DNA from: Andalucia godoyi And28
Taxonomy: Eukaryota; Protista; Jakobida
Assembly (NCBI GenBank): GCA_009859145.1
Contig: VRVR01000004.1
Span: forward strand, 400,934-464,933
DNA: 64,000 nucleotides
Reading direction: 5' to 3'
Under the pieces are notes generated by a model. The model saw nothing but the letters and a program-made list of their open reading frames with translations. It was not told the DNA's origin and searched no databases. Both the position numbers and the translations under genes were made by a program. Below are positions 1-9,990 of the stretch, in pieces. The stretch's first letter is position 1; every line of letters begins with the position of its first letter.

Positions 1-2
1 TT

Positions 3-1256
3 TGCCGCGCTGGAGGGGATCGGCGAGCAGAGTATTCCGCGGATCTTGATCTTGTCCAAGTCCAGATTGCGTTTCGTCATGGAGACCGCACACCATTGTA
101 CAGGTTTCCTGGAAAGTGGGTCGATCCGGATGCCTGGAACTGCGATTCGTTTGAAAATATCGAAATTCCAACGCTTTCTGAGTCGTCCGACACGCTGCAG
201 TCGCAGTACGTGCGGCGGTACATTGATGGGCTGAACGTTCTCAAGGGAACCTGCACGTCCGGGCAGCTGACGTCGATTGGCGCACAGCAGCATTTGAATA
301 TCGGTGTGCAGCTTCGCCAGAAATACATTGATGAACTTGGGTTTATGCCTGCAACGCTGGAATCGGAACCGACGACTTCGGGTCTGATGTTTGTGCGCTC
401 GACAGATGTGTATCGGACTCGCCAGTCCGTCGAGGCACAGTTGCTGGGCATGTATCCTACATCGACTCGCAAGTTTTCGTCGCCGATTGAAGTTCACACG
501 GTGGATGCAAATGCTGAGTACATGTTCCCGAACGGCGGACTGTGCCCGAAGCTTGCACAGTTGCTCAAGAATGCCACCGAAACGCCAGAGTACCAAGCAT
601 GGGAGGTCAAAATGTCGCCCGTTTTGGAGCAGCTGGAGCAGGTTTTCGGGGCCACGGCAGACCAAATGCCTCCTTGGAGTGGCTTGTATGACGCGTTGAT
701 TACGACGCTTGCACACAACCATACGATGCCTCCTGGTCTTACCAGCGAGTTGCAGCAGCAGATTTTCGATGCAGCAGATTATGTGATGCAGGCGTCGTTT
801 GCTGGACAGCTGACAGCGCGACTGGGAATGGGCAGAGTGGTTGGCGACATTCTTGATTCTATGCTCTTCTTTGTCAACAAGACGTCAAAGGCTCCTGAAC
901 GCGGAATCCAACCGGCCCCGTGGATGGCATGGTCAGGACATGATACCACACTGGGACCACTTGCAATTGCATTGGGTGTGTGGGACGGTGTCTGGCCCCC
1001 CTACGCCACGCATCTCATTTTCGAACTGCTGCAGTCCAAGAGCACGCACAAGTTCTACGTTCATGCGACATACAACAACGTCGATGTCGTCTTTCCAACA
1101 TGCCAAGGGCAGGCCGTGTGTCCGTTCGAGCAATTCGAGCAGCTTGCAGTCCCACTCGTCCCCACGGACTATGCTGCCGAATGCGCCGTCCCAAGCCCCA
1201 AGAACAAGCAGCACGTTCGCGAGTTCAAGCGGCTCATGAAGACGGTGTTTGCGTAG
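3..1256 (+). CDS. Histidine acid phosphatase (lysosomal/prostatic acid phosphatase family), 5' end outside the window
   Basis: The frame of ORF 96..1256 stays open to the window edge and reads QIAFRHGDRTP (nt 63-95), the RHGxRxP catalytic motif. The downstream GHDTT proton-donor motif and C-terminal Cys pattern are present. Confidence 0.93.
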   Translation, partial: CRAGGDRRAEYSADLDLVQVQIAFRHGDRTPLYRFPGKWVDPDAWNCDSFENIEIPTLSESSDTLQSQYVRRYIDGLNVLKGTCTSGQLTSIGAQQHLNIGVQLRQKYIDELGFMPATLESEPTTSGLMFVRSTDVYRTRQSVEAQLLGMYPTSTRKFSSPIEVHTVDANAEYMFPNGGLCPKLAQLLKNATETPEYQAWEVKMSPVLEQLEQVFGATADQMPPWSGLYDALITTLAHNHTMPPGLTSELQQQIFDAADYVMQASFAGQLTARLGMGRVVGDILDSMLFFVNKTSKAPERGIQPAPWMAWSGHDTTLGPLAIALGVWDGVWPPYATHLIFELLQSKSTHKFYVHATYNNVDVVFPTCQGQAVCPFEQFEQLAVPLVPTDYAAECAVPSPKNKQHVREFKRLMKTVFA

Positions 1257-1608
1257 TTTCACTTCTTCGACAGCCGCGGGTCTGCCCAGCGCGTTGTTTG
1301 CGGATGATAATCAACCTGGATGTTTTATGGTGTGTTTTCGTTTTCTTTATTATTATTTATGTTAAAAATCGAAAAATAAGAGTCACAGCCGTCCACCAGG
1401 CATTTGGGTTGGAGAGTTATAAGTGCGCAAGAACGATGAGAAAGAGTCGTGGGTCGTGGAGGCGTGCAGTCCGTGATCTGGCTGCCGCAATTTTCCTCGC
1501 AGTCGTCTTCTTTCCTTTCTTCCTTTGTTCATTCCTCCGTTCCTCCGCAATTCTCCTGCTTACATTTTTGCGACAGTCCGTTGAGCAAGCGGAAGCGAGA
1601 GAAGGAAG

Positions 1609-2094
1609 ATGAATCAATTTGCATTTCTTCCCATTACGTGTGTGACTTCCGGCGTCCTGGGTGTTTTGTTTTTGTACCTTTCACTGGCCGTGGTCCGTCA
1701 GCGCCGACTGCTGGGCATCACATTGGGCGATGGGATGTTCCAAGCGCTGAAGTATGGTGGAATTGAGAAGCTGGACGAGGGTATGAAGCGATACCGTCCT
1801 CTCGTTGGTGCCATCCGAGGCCACGGCAACTTTTCGGAATGGGTTCCCCTTTCCCTCATCTTGTTGGGTCTTGGAGAAGCATCCCAGGCCTTTTCTTCCG
1901 CGAGCTTATCAGTTCTTGCAATGGCGTTGATCGCATCACGGATGCTGCACAGTGTCTTTGGTCTGCTTGTGAAGATGCAGTCCATGCAGCGCACACTTGG
2001 TGTTGTGCTGAACTTTGCTGTCATTGCCGTCCTTTCCGTTGCACTTGTGTATCACAGTCTCGCGTCCATCATTGCCAATGGGACCCACGTGTAA
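1609..2094 (+). CDS. MAPEG family membrane protein (bacterial YecN-like type)
   Basis: 161 aa with four hydrophobic segments and AIRGHGNFSEWVP...LLGLGE...SRMLHS, matching the MAPEG R-x-H-x-N-F-x-E signature. Confidence 0.85.
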   Translation: MNQFAFLPITCVTSGVLGVLFLYLSLAVVRQRRLLGITLGDGMFQALKYGGIEKLDEGMKRYRPLVGAIRGHGNFSEWVPLSLILLGLGEASQAFSSASLSVLAMALIASRMLHSVFGLLVKMQSMQRTLGVVLNFAVIAVLSVALVYHSLASIIANGTHV

Positions 2095-2762
2095 ATTCAA
2101 CGTTTGCATTCTTGTTATTATTATGACTATAATATTTATCCTCCATCCCCGCCTTTAACGTTTTCTTTTCCTTTCATTCCTGAAAATATTGTGAATCTTC
2201 AACAATGCACCAAGCCTGTATTTTTTTTCTGGGTCCCACCCCGTCCCTCCTCTCTGTCCACTCGTCGTGGCTCGTGAGAGAAAATGCGCAACGCATGCAT
2301 CGAGCTGTCAGTCGTCTTTTTCGACCAAAACACAACACGTTTTTCGTGGCGAGGCCCGCATGAGCCCGTGCATCAATACGGAAGACGAGGGCCAACTTGG
2401 AGGGACTGTCTCACGGAAGCACCACTCAGACAGTGGGGGCAGTTTGGGCGGGGAAGTGTCGGGAGGAAAACAAATAAATAAAGAAATTTTCTGTTCGGAG
2501 ACTGGGAAATGCCCGACGTGAGAAAGAGGAAAAGAATTCGGACTTTTTTGAAGGCATCTCTGAGGCATCCATTTCCGGATCCTCGATTACCTTATTGACG
2601 ATGACTTTCCCCCAACTTCCTCTTGGTTCTCGGCTTCTCAGTCGTTTCGAGTGTGTGCAAAAGAAGCGAGTCTCGAGTCCGTCCAGTGTCCACTACGTCT
2701 TTTCTTAATGTAATTTTTCCTCGTTTTTGTTTCTTCTATTCTATTGACGTCCATCTGCATTC

Positions 2763-4736
2763 ATGGGAAACAGCTCTGGGAAGTCCGAGGGTCCAGAGAA
2801 GAGGTTCAATGTCCGCACTGGGATCTATCCTACGTGTGAGTGGGACGAGAAAAGGGTGTCCAAGTTGATATTGTCCAAGAAACTTGCTCCGTTCTTCCCG
2901 CCTGGAGACACTCCGGACGAGCGGTCTGTCGAATGCCCAATCTGTTGCTACAATTATCCGTCGTCAAACAAAACGGCGTGCTGCAAAAAATGGATTTGCT
3001 CAGAATGCTATCTGCAGGTTCGGAAACCGGATCCCGTACGGTCGAAATGCCCATTTTGTAATTATCGAAAGCTTGAAGTGGAGTATCGTGGAGCCAAGAC
3101 AGAGCGCGAAATTGAAGAAGAGAAGCGAGAAGAACAGTCACTTGCAGAAAGTCAGCGCAGACAGCTGGAGGAAGAGCGGCAGCGGGATGAGCAACGAAGA
3201 AGCTCTCCCGAACCAGAACGAAGACCAATCAACTTGCATGATTATGGGCTGACGGACCACGATGTCCAATCTATTGACCGGGCTTCGCGCTCTGCAGCGT
3301 CGCGATCGTCCTCGAGCCTGAGAAGGCGAGAACGAGAGTTGGAGGCTGCTGCTCACGGCGGCCAGTACGTTGCCCGATTCCGTGATCTACCGCAGGAATA
3401 CTTGGATTTTGTTCCGTCGTCCATTGAAGTGGCTAATTGGAGTCCAGACTTGCAAATGACGTATGAAGAGTTGATGGTCAACGAGGCCATTCGACTGTCC
3501 CTCGCAGCGTCTGCATCATCTTCCACTGCACCAGCTGCAAGCTCGGAAAACAGCGCCACGCTGCCAGCGGCGGCGGCGGTACCGACTGGAGGACTGGTTG
3601 CAGTTCCTGCACCGGCTGTTGTCGAACACGAGGGAACTGTCATTTTGGCAGAGTCCACTGCCGTCGCTTCGACGACAGCAGATGCATCTGTGCACACGGG
3701 AAGAAGCTCACGAATAAATTCTGAGCAATCCCAATCCAGCAGACCGGTTAGCGCGCACACTGCCCCTGTTCCTATACCGCAATCTCGTGGTACCGGTGCT
3801 TCGTCGTCGGCTTCTTCTGCAGCGTCTTCCTTGTCTTCGATCTCTGCAAATCTCGATGTGGAATATGCGTCAGATCTGTTGATGATCGAGAAGAGGACCG
3901 CACGGGAGATGAATGGACTTGATATGCGCCAGGTCGTCGATGCAGAAGATGAAGAGTATCTCGTCCAGTTGGCAATTGCGCTTTCTATTTCCATGTTGGA
4001 AGAAGAGGCCAACCAAGTGGGCGGTCCGACGTCTGCGTCATCTGTATCCATACCTGCATCTGCATCTGCATCCTCGGCGTTGTCGGCGACACCTTCTGCG
4101 ACTGCTTCTGTTGCGAGCGGTTTTGCGGCGGAGAGTGCCGCAGGTGCGCCCACAACGGTGTCAGAAGACGGGGCATCCCCATCCCTGACTGTATCTCCCG
4201 TGGCCTCGTCCTCGGAAAGTGCTCAAAGCATGCCGCTGATGGCAGATGTGCAAGATCCCGAGAACAGTGACCAGGTTCGCTCCGTTGAGTATTCTCATGA
4301 GCGAGAAGCAATGCAAGCCTTGGATTCCGCGCCGTCCAGCGCAGATCAAACAGCATTCATGGAGTCTCGTCAGAACGGGGACTTTTCACGCGTTTCTGAA
4401 GAGTTGACAGCTTCTCGAGTGTCCGCAGCGCCGTTCGCGGACCTCTTTCCGGAACAGGCTGTGGAACTGCAGCATGTGGACATTCCAAGTGCCCGGCGCA
4501 GAATGGAGTCCCCGGATATCCTTCCCTTGGCCAGTGATCAGCATCCTCCGCTGACGTCCGGCTGCGTTTCCGATGCCCATCCGTCGTCCATGTCCGCCTG
4601 CACGCACGACACCCCACCGTTTCTGGACGGCGACGGTCCGCTGTCAGGCTCTTCTGGTCCCCGATCAGATGCCAGCCCTTCTCCGTCAACCGAGGCAAAC
4701 CTCGATATTATTTCATCGTTGGCTCTGGATGGATGA
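2763..4736 (+). CDS. DA2/GW2/Sip5-type RING E3 ubiquitin ligase with UIM-like motifs
   Basis: MGNSSG myristoylation start; GIY...KLILSKKLAPFFP then ECPICC-NYP-SNKTACCKKWICSECY...CPFC; two UIM-like helices (EELMVNEAIRLSL, EEYLVQLAIALSI); long disordered Ser/Ala tail. Confidence 0.8.
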   Translation: MGNSSGKSEGPEKRFNVRTGIYPTCEWDEKRVSKLILSKKLAPFFPPGDTPDERSVECPICCYNYPSSNKTACCKKWICSECYLQVRKPDPVRSKCPFCNYRKLEVEYRGAKTEREIEEEKREEQSLAESQRRQLEEERQRDEQRRSSPEPERRPINLHDYGLTDHDVQSIDRASRSAASRSSSSLRRRERELEAAAHGGQYVARFRDLPQEYLDFVPSSIEVANWSPDLQMTYEELMVNEAIRLSLAASASSSTAPAASSENSATLPAAAAVPTGGLVAVPAPAVVEHEGTVILAESTAVASTTADASVHTGRSSRINSEQSQSSRPVSAHTAPVPIPQSRGTGASSSASSAASSLSSISANLDVEYASDLLMIEKRTAREMNGLDMRQVVDAEDEEYLVQLAIALSISMLEEEANQVGGPTSASSVSIPASASASSALSATPSATASVASGFAAESAAGAPTTVSEDGASPSLTVSPVASSSESAQSMPLMADVQDPENSDQVRSVEYSHEREAMQALDSAPSSADQTAFMESRQNGDFSRVSEELTASRVSAAPFADLFPEQAVELQHVDIPSARRRMESPDILPLASDQHPPLTSGCVSDAHPSSMSACTHDTPPFLDGDGPLSGSSGPRSDASPSPSTEANLDIISSLALDG

Positions 4737-4950
4737 TGAAGATCTCGCGTTGCGACCGGAAGAATATCATCACTGCGGTTCGTCTCGCTGCAAACCATGT
4801 ATCCCCTTGTGTACATTTCCCATACAACTCAAAGAGAAGGTTTATTACCGGTATATACTATGCATGTTTTTATTGTTAATTATTTTTATTTAAGTTTTGA
4901 AATTTAATTATCTTCTCCCCCTCCTCGGTCCTTCTTTCTCGGGGTAGAAA

Positions 4951-6672
4951 CTACGCAGGGATGGGACTGTCGAACTCGGGGGCTGCTGAAGGAGGCGCTG
5001 CGGATACGTTGGTTGGACTGTCAGGAACGACAAAATCGTCTCCAGCAGTGTCCGTTTCAACAGCAGATCCGTGATCTCGGCCCGTACTGGAGGATTCTCT
5101 TACGACTTCACGTGACTGCTCTGGCGGAAGTGATACCAGTGCAGCCCCATTGGAATCTTGGTTTGCAGCCACCTCCCCTTCGAATGGATCTTCGGACTCT
5201 GCAGCATCGTTGGCTGCGGTCTGCGTGTCATCTGCATGTTCAAGAGAATTATCCGCAGAACCAACAGGGCTGTCGAGATCCACAGGAACAAATTCGTAAA
5301 TAACACCAGTTTCGTCATCCATCGCAGTAACTGCACCATCAGAAGAGTGCAATAGATGGGGCTGGAAAAGCTGCTGTCCTCGGTAATACTCGTCAAACAG
5401 TTGCACTTGTCTCTCTTCTTTCCGTCGCTGCTGGCTTTGCGCATGACGATACAATCGATCATGTGCGGAAGCAGCAGACGCCAGTTTGCGAGAGCGAGGA
5501 TTAATCTGAGGAGAACGAACGGCATATCTTTCCGACTCGACACTGCTTACGAGCTGCTGGAACTTCTTTTCTCGGATTTCGTTGTACAAGGGAACTCTTT
5601 CTTCCAGCCGAGATCCCCGGAATCGCGACTCGATCAACTTCTTTGAGCGATCTGAAATCTTTGGTTGAAACGAGCATTCCTTGAGCTCATCCTCCACTTC
5701 TTTTTGGCGAGATTGTTCGATCTTCGACTGTCGGAGCTCCTTCCACTTTTCAAATAGCTCGAGCCGTCGATCAAAGCCTTTCGCAGCAGAGCCCAGCGTG
5801 CCCGCGGGTCTTTTTTCTGGACTGGTGTGAGTGCGATCCGGCTGCATCAGTTGTCTCTCCTTTTCCTCTTGCGACTGTTTTAGCCGTTCCTTCTTTTCCG
5901 CAGTAGCCTGTTTCACCAAATCCAACCGAGCCATAAACGGCGCAATCTTGGCAGCCATTTCCCTGCTCTTTGGACACAGTTCGGGAGTACTTCTGACTTC
6001 CCTCACCTCTTCCTCCAGCAGCTTTTCCCTCAATCTGTCAATCTTTGACGACGACTTTGGGCCCGTTAATCGCGATACTAAACCGTCCCAATCGGATTCC
6101 TTCAGCCGTTTCTGTCTTGGAGCTGACCCCGGCGCGTCCCCCGAACGGGCGGAGAGTGTCGGGCTTTGCGACCCCGAAGATTGCGGAGACTTTGGCGATA
6201 TTCCCCTTGAGAGATGCGCAGACTTGGACTGTTGATCGCGGTTCGCCGCAGAGCCCGGTCGATGATGTGCAGACTGCCGATGATCATCGCGTCTCGCATG
6301 AGCATTCCTGCTTCGCGAACCAACAGGACTCGACGTTTCGTCCACTGAACTGTCCATGCTGTCGTCGTCGAGTCCTTGAACATGAATTCGCTTCAGTGGA
6401 TATGCCGAGTGTGGGCGACCCGCACCCGAGCTCGATGCTCCAGGAAAAGACCCTTGCAGAAGTTTCGCAAGTCTCCCAAACGCAGATTCCAACTCCATGT
6501 CAATTTCAATGGATGGCGTCATCAAGGCGTTGGACTGTGCGTGCATTGTTCGCGGGACGCTGAACGACTCGTCAATCTCGTGTTGTCGCTGCTGGTCGTC
6601 GCCCTGTGACTCGTCCTCGGAGTCAGACAAATCCGCATACTCTTCTCCAAGCAAGCTGGATGCTGTGCTCAT
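4951..6672 (-). CDS. Hypothetical coiled-coil protein with repeated x-P-x-I/L motifs, possibly microtubule-associated
   Basis: Long ORF; first plausible ATG at 6672 (MSTASS), since the upstream in-frame part translates AT-rich intergenic DNA. Repeats STPELCPKSR, SFQPKISDRS, RSPQINPRSR and AHDRLY are of the kind seen in protist cytoskeletal proteins. Confidence 0.6.
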   Translation of the reverse strand: MSTASSLLGEEYADLSDSEDESQGDDQQRQHEIDESFSVPRTMHAQSNALMTPSIEIDMELESAFGRLAKLLQGSFPGASSSGAGRPHSAYPLKRIHVQGLDDDSMDSSVDETSSPVGSRSRNAHARRDDHRQSAHHRPGSAANRDQQSKSAHLSRGISPKSPQSSGSQSPTLSARSGDAPGSAPRQKRLKESDWDGLVSRLTGPKSSSKIDRLREKLLEEEVREVRSTPELCPKSREMAAKIAPFMARLDLVKQATAEKKERLKQSQEEKERQLMQPDRTHTSPEKRPAGTLGSAAKGFDRRLELFEKWKELRQSKIEQSRQKEVEDELKECSFQPKISDRSKKLIESRFRGSRLEERVPLYNEIREKKFQQLVSSVESERYAVRSPQINPRSRKLASAASAHDRLYRHAQSQQRRKEERQVQLFDEYYRGQQLFQPHLLHSSDGAVTAMDDETGVIYEFVPVDLDSPVGSADNSLEHADDTQTAANDAAESEDPFEGEVAANQDSNGAALVSLPPEQSREVVRESSSTGRDHGSAVETDTAGDDFVVPDSPTNVSAAPPSAAPEFDSPIPA

Positions 6673-6984
6673 CCTGAAAAAAACCGCAAAAACCGAAACG
6701 ACACAAAGATATGTTGTATGTACACACTGCTGGATGCAAATTCCACCAAAGCAAAAGATCCAAATAGCTACTTTTTTTCCCCCCCCCCGTCCCTTAACGA
6801 AAATCAACTGAGCGCCTTCTGGAGTTTTGGCTGGAACGGAAAATAATAATAATAATAATAATAAATGGAATGTCAAAACGTCGAAAAGTCGATAATCAAA
6901 AACAAAAAAAAAAAGTTTTTGAAGAGCACTCCAGAAGAAAAAGAGCTCTGAGAAATGAAAAAAGGCATTCGAGACCTCTCCAGC

Positions 6985-8132
6985 CGTTGCCACTTGTTGC
7001 GATACCCTCTGATTCTTGGGAAGTGAATAGATTTCCCAATTGGAGTGAAGCCCTGTCCTTTGTCGACTGAAACTTTTGACTACAGTCGCCTTTCACCACC
7101 AACCGAGATAAAAATAACCGGAAATGTTTCCTTGTCTTTTTCAATAACCAATCGTTTTAAACCAAAGAAATAACTGGAGCACTGATCAGAAACATTATAA
7201 GAGAGTTGAATATTCATGCAGCGCACAGTGGAAATCGCTCAAAGAAATGGAAACAAGAGCGAAAACGCCAGACCGTTGACAGAATTTGGTGCAAATGACA
7301 ATCAGGTAGCAAGTGCACCGCCGAGTCGGTCCTAAACAGGAGGCATCGTCGAGGCAAGTGATAAATCAGCATGATCAAGCTTAGCGTGGAGACAGGCATG
7401 CTTAGGTCCTTTTGCAGAACTAGAGAGCAGGATCTTGCGAGAAGAATGTGAATCCCAAACGCTCACAACTCAGCAGACAGTGCGTGGGGGGAAAAGACAA
7501 CTTCGTACGTGTTCCGTTACTAAAGCGGAGAGATGCGCAAGCCGTAGCATCTGCTTCATCTGCTTCCGCAACCTCTTTCAACATTGCAAAACAAATTACC
7601 GCGAACGACGAAAACGTTGAACCGATTCCGGAAATGGGCCATGATGCAATTCCCGAGCTTCAGAACTTGCAGATGGGTAATCGCAAGTCGAGAAAACGAA
7701 TATTGCAAGAAGCGTCGAAGGAGATCTGTGAAACGAAGAAAGATCGGAAACGGCAGAGTATCGATGCGGGCCGCAGTCAGAGAAACTCTGGCGAAAACCG
7801 CACTGAGAACAAGAGAAGCGACTATAGCCAAAAGTTTCAGTCGAAAAGGACAGGGGTTCACTCCAATTGGGAAATCTATTCACTTCCCTGGAATCAGGGG
7901 TATGACGAAGCAATCTACAGCGCACGCAAACAGAACCACTGCCACGCGCCATGCGCATGCGTTTGTTATCTTGGCAACTCCGTCACACGATGCCCGAGTC
8001 GTTTCGCCCCATTTTGATCACGAAATCCCTTTATAAACACGCCGCGGCGTTGCATTATGCATGTTGTTGGGTTGCAACATTGATTATGGGTGATCAGCGA
8101 TGATTATCTGTGGTTAGTGTACAATGTAGGCG
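6985..8132 (+). repeat. Dispersed ~250-bp repeat, copy 1 (6985-7004 plus 7903-8132), split by the TIR element
   Basis: Joining the two flanks of the element gives a sequence about 90% identical to the reverse complement of 27225-27475. Confidence 0.85.
7005..7900. mobile_element. 896-bp non-autonomous DNA transposon (MITE-like) with ~85-bp terminal inverted repeats and TA target-site duplication
   Basis: Left TIR 7005-7089 (CCCTCTGATTCTTGGGAAGTG...) and right TIR 7818-7900 (reverse complement CCCCTGATTCCAGGGAAGTG...) are about 90% identical by eye. TA flanks at 7003-7004 and 7901-7902. The uninterrupted site with a single TA is at 27456-27457. Confidence 0.85.
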
Positions 8133-8524
8133 CTTGAGGCAATGCATATGGTCAACAGCTGCGATACGTGCGTGAGCAGATTGTCATCACACAACCTCAA
8201 CCCCGTTTTCCATCCTGTTTCACAAAATTCAAAGCCTCTCTCTACGTGAATCGCTTTTTCGCTATCCATTTCTAAACATCGTTGTTCATATATATATTCT
8301 TTTTGCTTCACCCTCTTTTCTGTTTTTCTGTATTCATTACATAATGTATTATTATTGCACGATATTTGCGAGCACCGTTTCTTTCAGTACTTGCGCACCA
8401 TGACAGCCTATTGAAGGGTCATTACATCGACAATGATCAAACGTCACCAACATCGACTACGGGAGGAGGCAGCGACGACAACATATTTCTTCATGAGCAT
8501 TCCACCAGAGATGCAACATTGAAG

Positions 8525-8629
<105 letters not shown>

Positions 8630-8667
8630 CAAAGCGAGATAAAAGATTACTGGACGGAGTGATATTG

Positions 8668-9343
8668 TTACGAGATGAATGGAAGAAGAGTCGGAGTCCG
8701 ATCGCGATACTCGACATACTGTTTGCCGAACATTTCGATTAGCAGGTCTTCTTCAAATGGAATTCGATCTGCAAAAAACTTCCAGGACGCGATTGCAAAC
8801 CCGACAATGCTGAGAAGATTTCCGAGCATGATCTGTGTTGCGATCGACCATACAAACCATCCAAAGTAGCCTGGATGCCTGCAGTATCGATAGACACCGC
8901 CGGTGACGAGCTTGTGTTCTTTTCTTCGTTCCACCTGAATCTCATGAGTAAACGCCTTTCCAGCAGTCACGATCGCCACAACACGTATTCCAAATCCGAT
9001 AATCGCAAAGAACAATCCAACCACAAACAAGCCCGACAAGATCGTTGACTTCCAATTAGGAAACATGGTGGATTCAATCAGATACTCTGTATACGATGCT
9101 GCAATTGCATAGCAATACGATGTACTAAACAACCAAGCTAAACACAAAAGAAGGTTAATTTTGAGGGTTTTTAAATTTAAAAATTAAAAAAAAAAGAAAA
9201 AAGAAGAAGAAATAAAAGAAGAAAGAAGAGATCGTACCATCCTTGTTGATCAGTTCGCGGTTAAACATCCACTGCAAAAAGTACTCAATGCAGTGATACA
9301 CGGCAAGAAACACGGAAAACATCACAATGGGGTACCATATCAT
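8668..9343 (-). CDS. ICMT: Isoprenylcysteine carboxyl methyltransferase (Ste14), two exons
   Basis: Exon 1 9343-9238, 100-nt GT..AG intron 9237-9138, exon 2 9137-8668; the splice keeps frame (INKD-A-WLFSTSY), 191 aa. Motifs AGKAFTHEIQ, HKLVTGGVYRYCRHPGYFGW, RIPFEEDLL and YRDRTP are present. Confidence 0.93.
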
Positions 9344-9990
9344 TTTTTCCCCTTTCTCCTCTTTTGTTTTTATGTGCAGACGATTGGCTGACTAGCATGC
9401 GCACACTCCAAAGCAGAAATGCTGCAGAAACAATCAAAACGAGAAATTTCCAAAAACGAGATGCGCATTTTAAATTTTTTTTTTGACGCGGCGGGCTTTT
9501 CTGTTCTCTGTGGGAATGCCACCCTCCAACCTAAATGTCTTGTTGAGAGATATGCGCTTGAGGATATAAATTAGAGAACACCCAGTATTTTTGGCAAGTC
9601 CGGCGAATGCTTTCGAGTTGATGCTGTGATGCCTGACGAAACAAAAAGACGACCTACAGTTTGGAGTAAACGACCCCGCAACAACGGACCCGAGCAGAAG
9701 GAAAACAAAACAGAGTGACCAGGAAGCAGAGAGCAGAACGGAATCTCGACAATTTTTTCCTCTATATTTTCCTTTCATCACGTTCTGTCTTGCGAGTTGT
9801 TCATCCCTGGCCGTTTCAAGGCTTACCCTGATAGTTTCAATAGTTTACAATATTTTATTTATTTATAATTTATTTTTGGTTTTGCGTCATATTATTTTAA
9901 ATTCAATTTTTGTTTGGATTGGGGAAAACAACAGCAACAACAGCAACAACAACAAAGCAAACCGTGTATTGCATACTTCAGCAAAGCAAG

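Noticed and set aside
7005-7089. TIR sequence as a duplicated snRNA or H/ACA snoRNA (two hairpins, AAAGGA H-like box)
   Set aside because: No U1/U2/U4/U5 5' signatures; similarity ends exactly at the TA duplication, as expected for transposon ends.
7448-8017. 189-aa ORF inside and across the element
   Set aside because: Starts at GTG with an in-frame stop shortly upstream and runs through the TIR into the flanking repeat; unlikely to be a real gene.
9502-9593. 9-bp enclosing stem followed by an Sm-like ATTTTTG (U5-like layout)
   Set aside because: Loop lacks the invariant U5 GCCUUUUAC; ATTTTTG is common in these AT-rich spacers.
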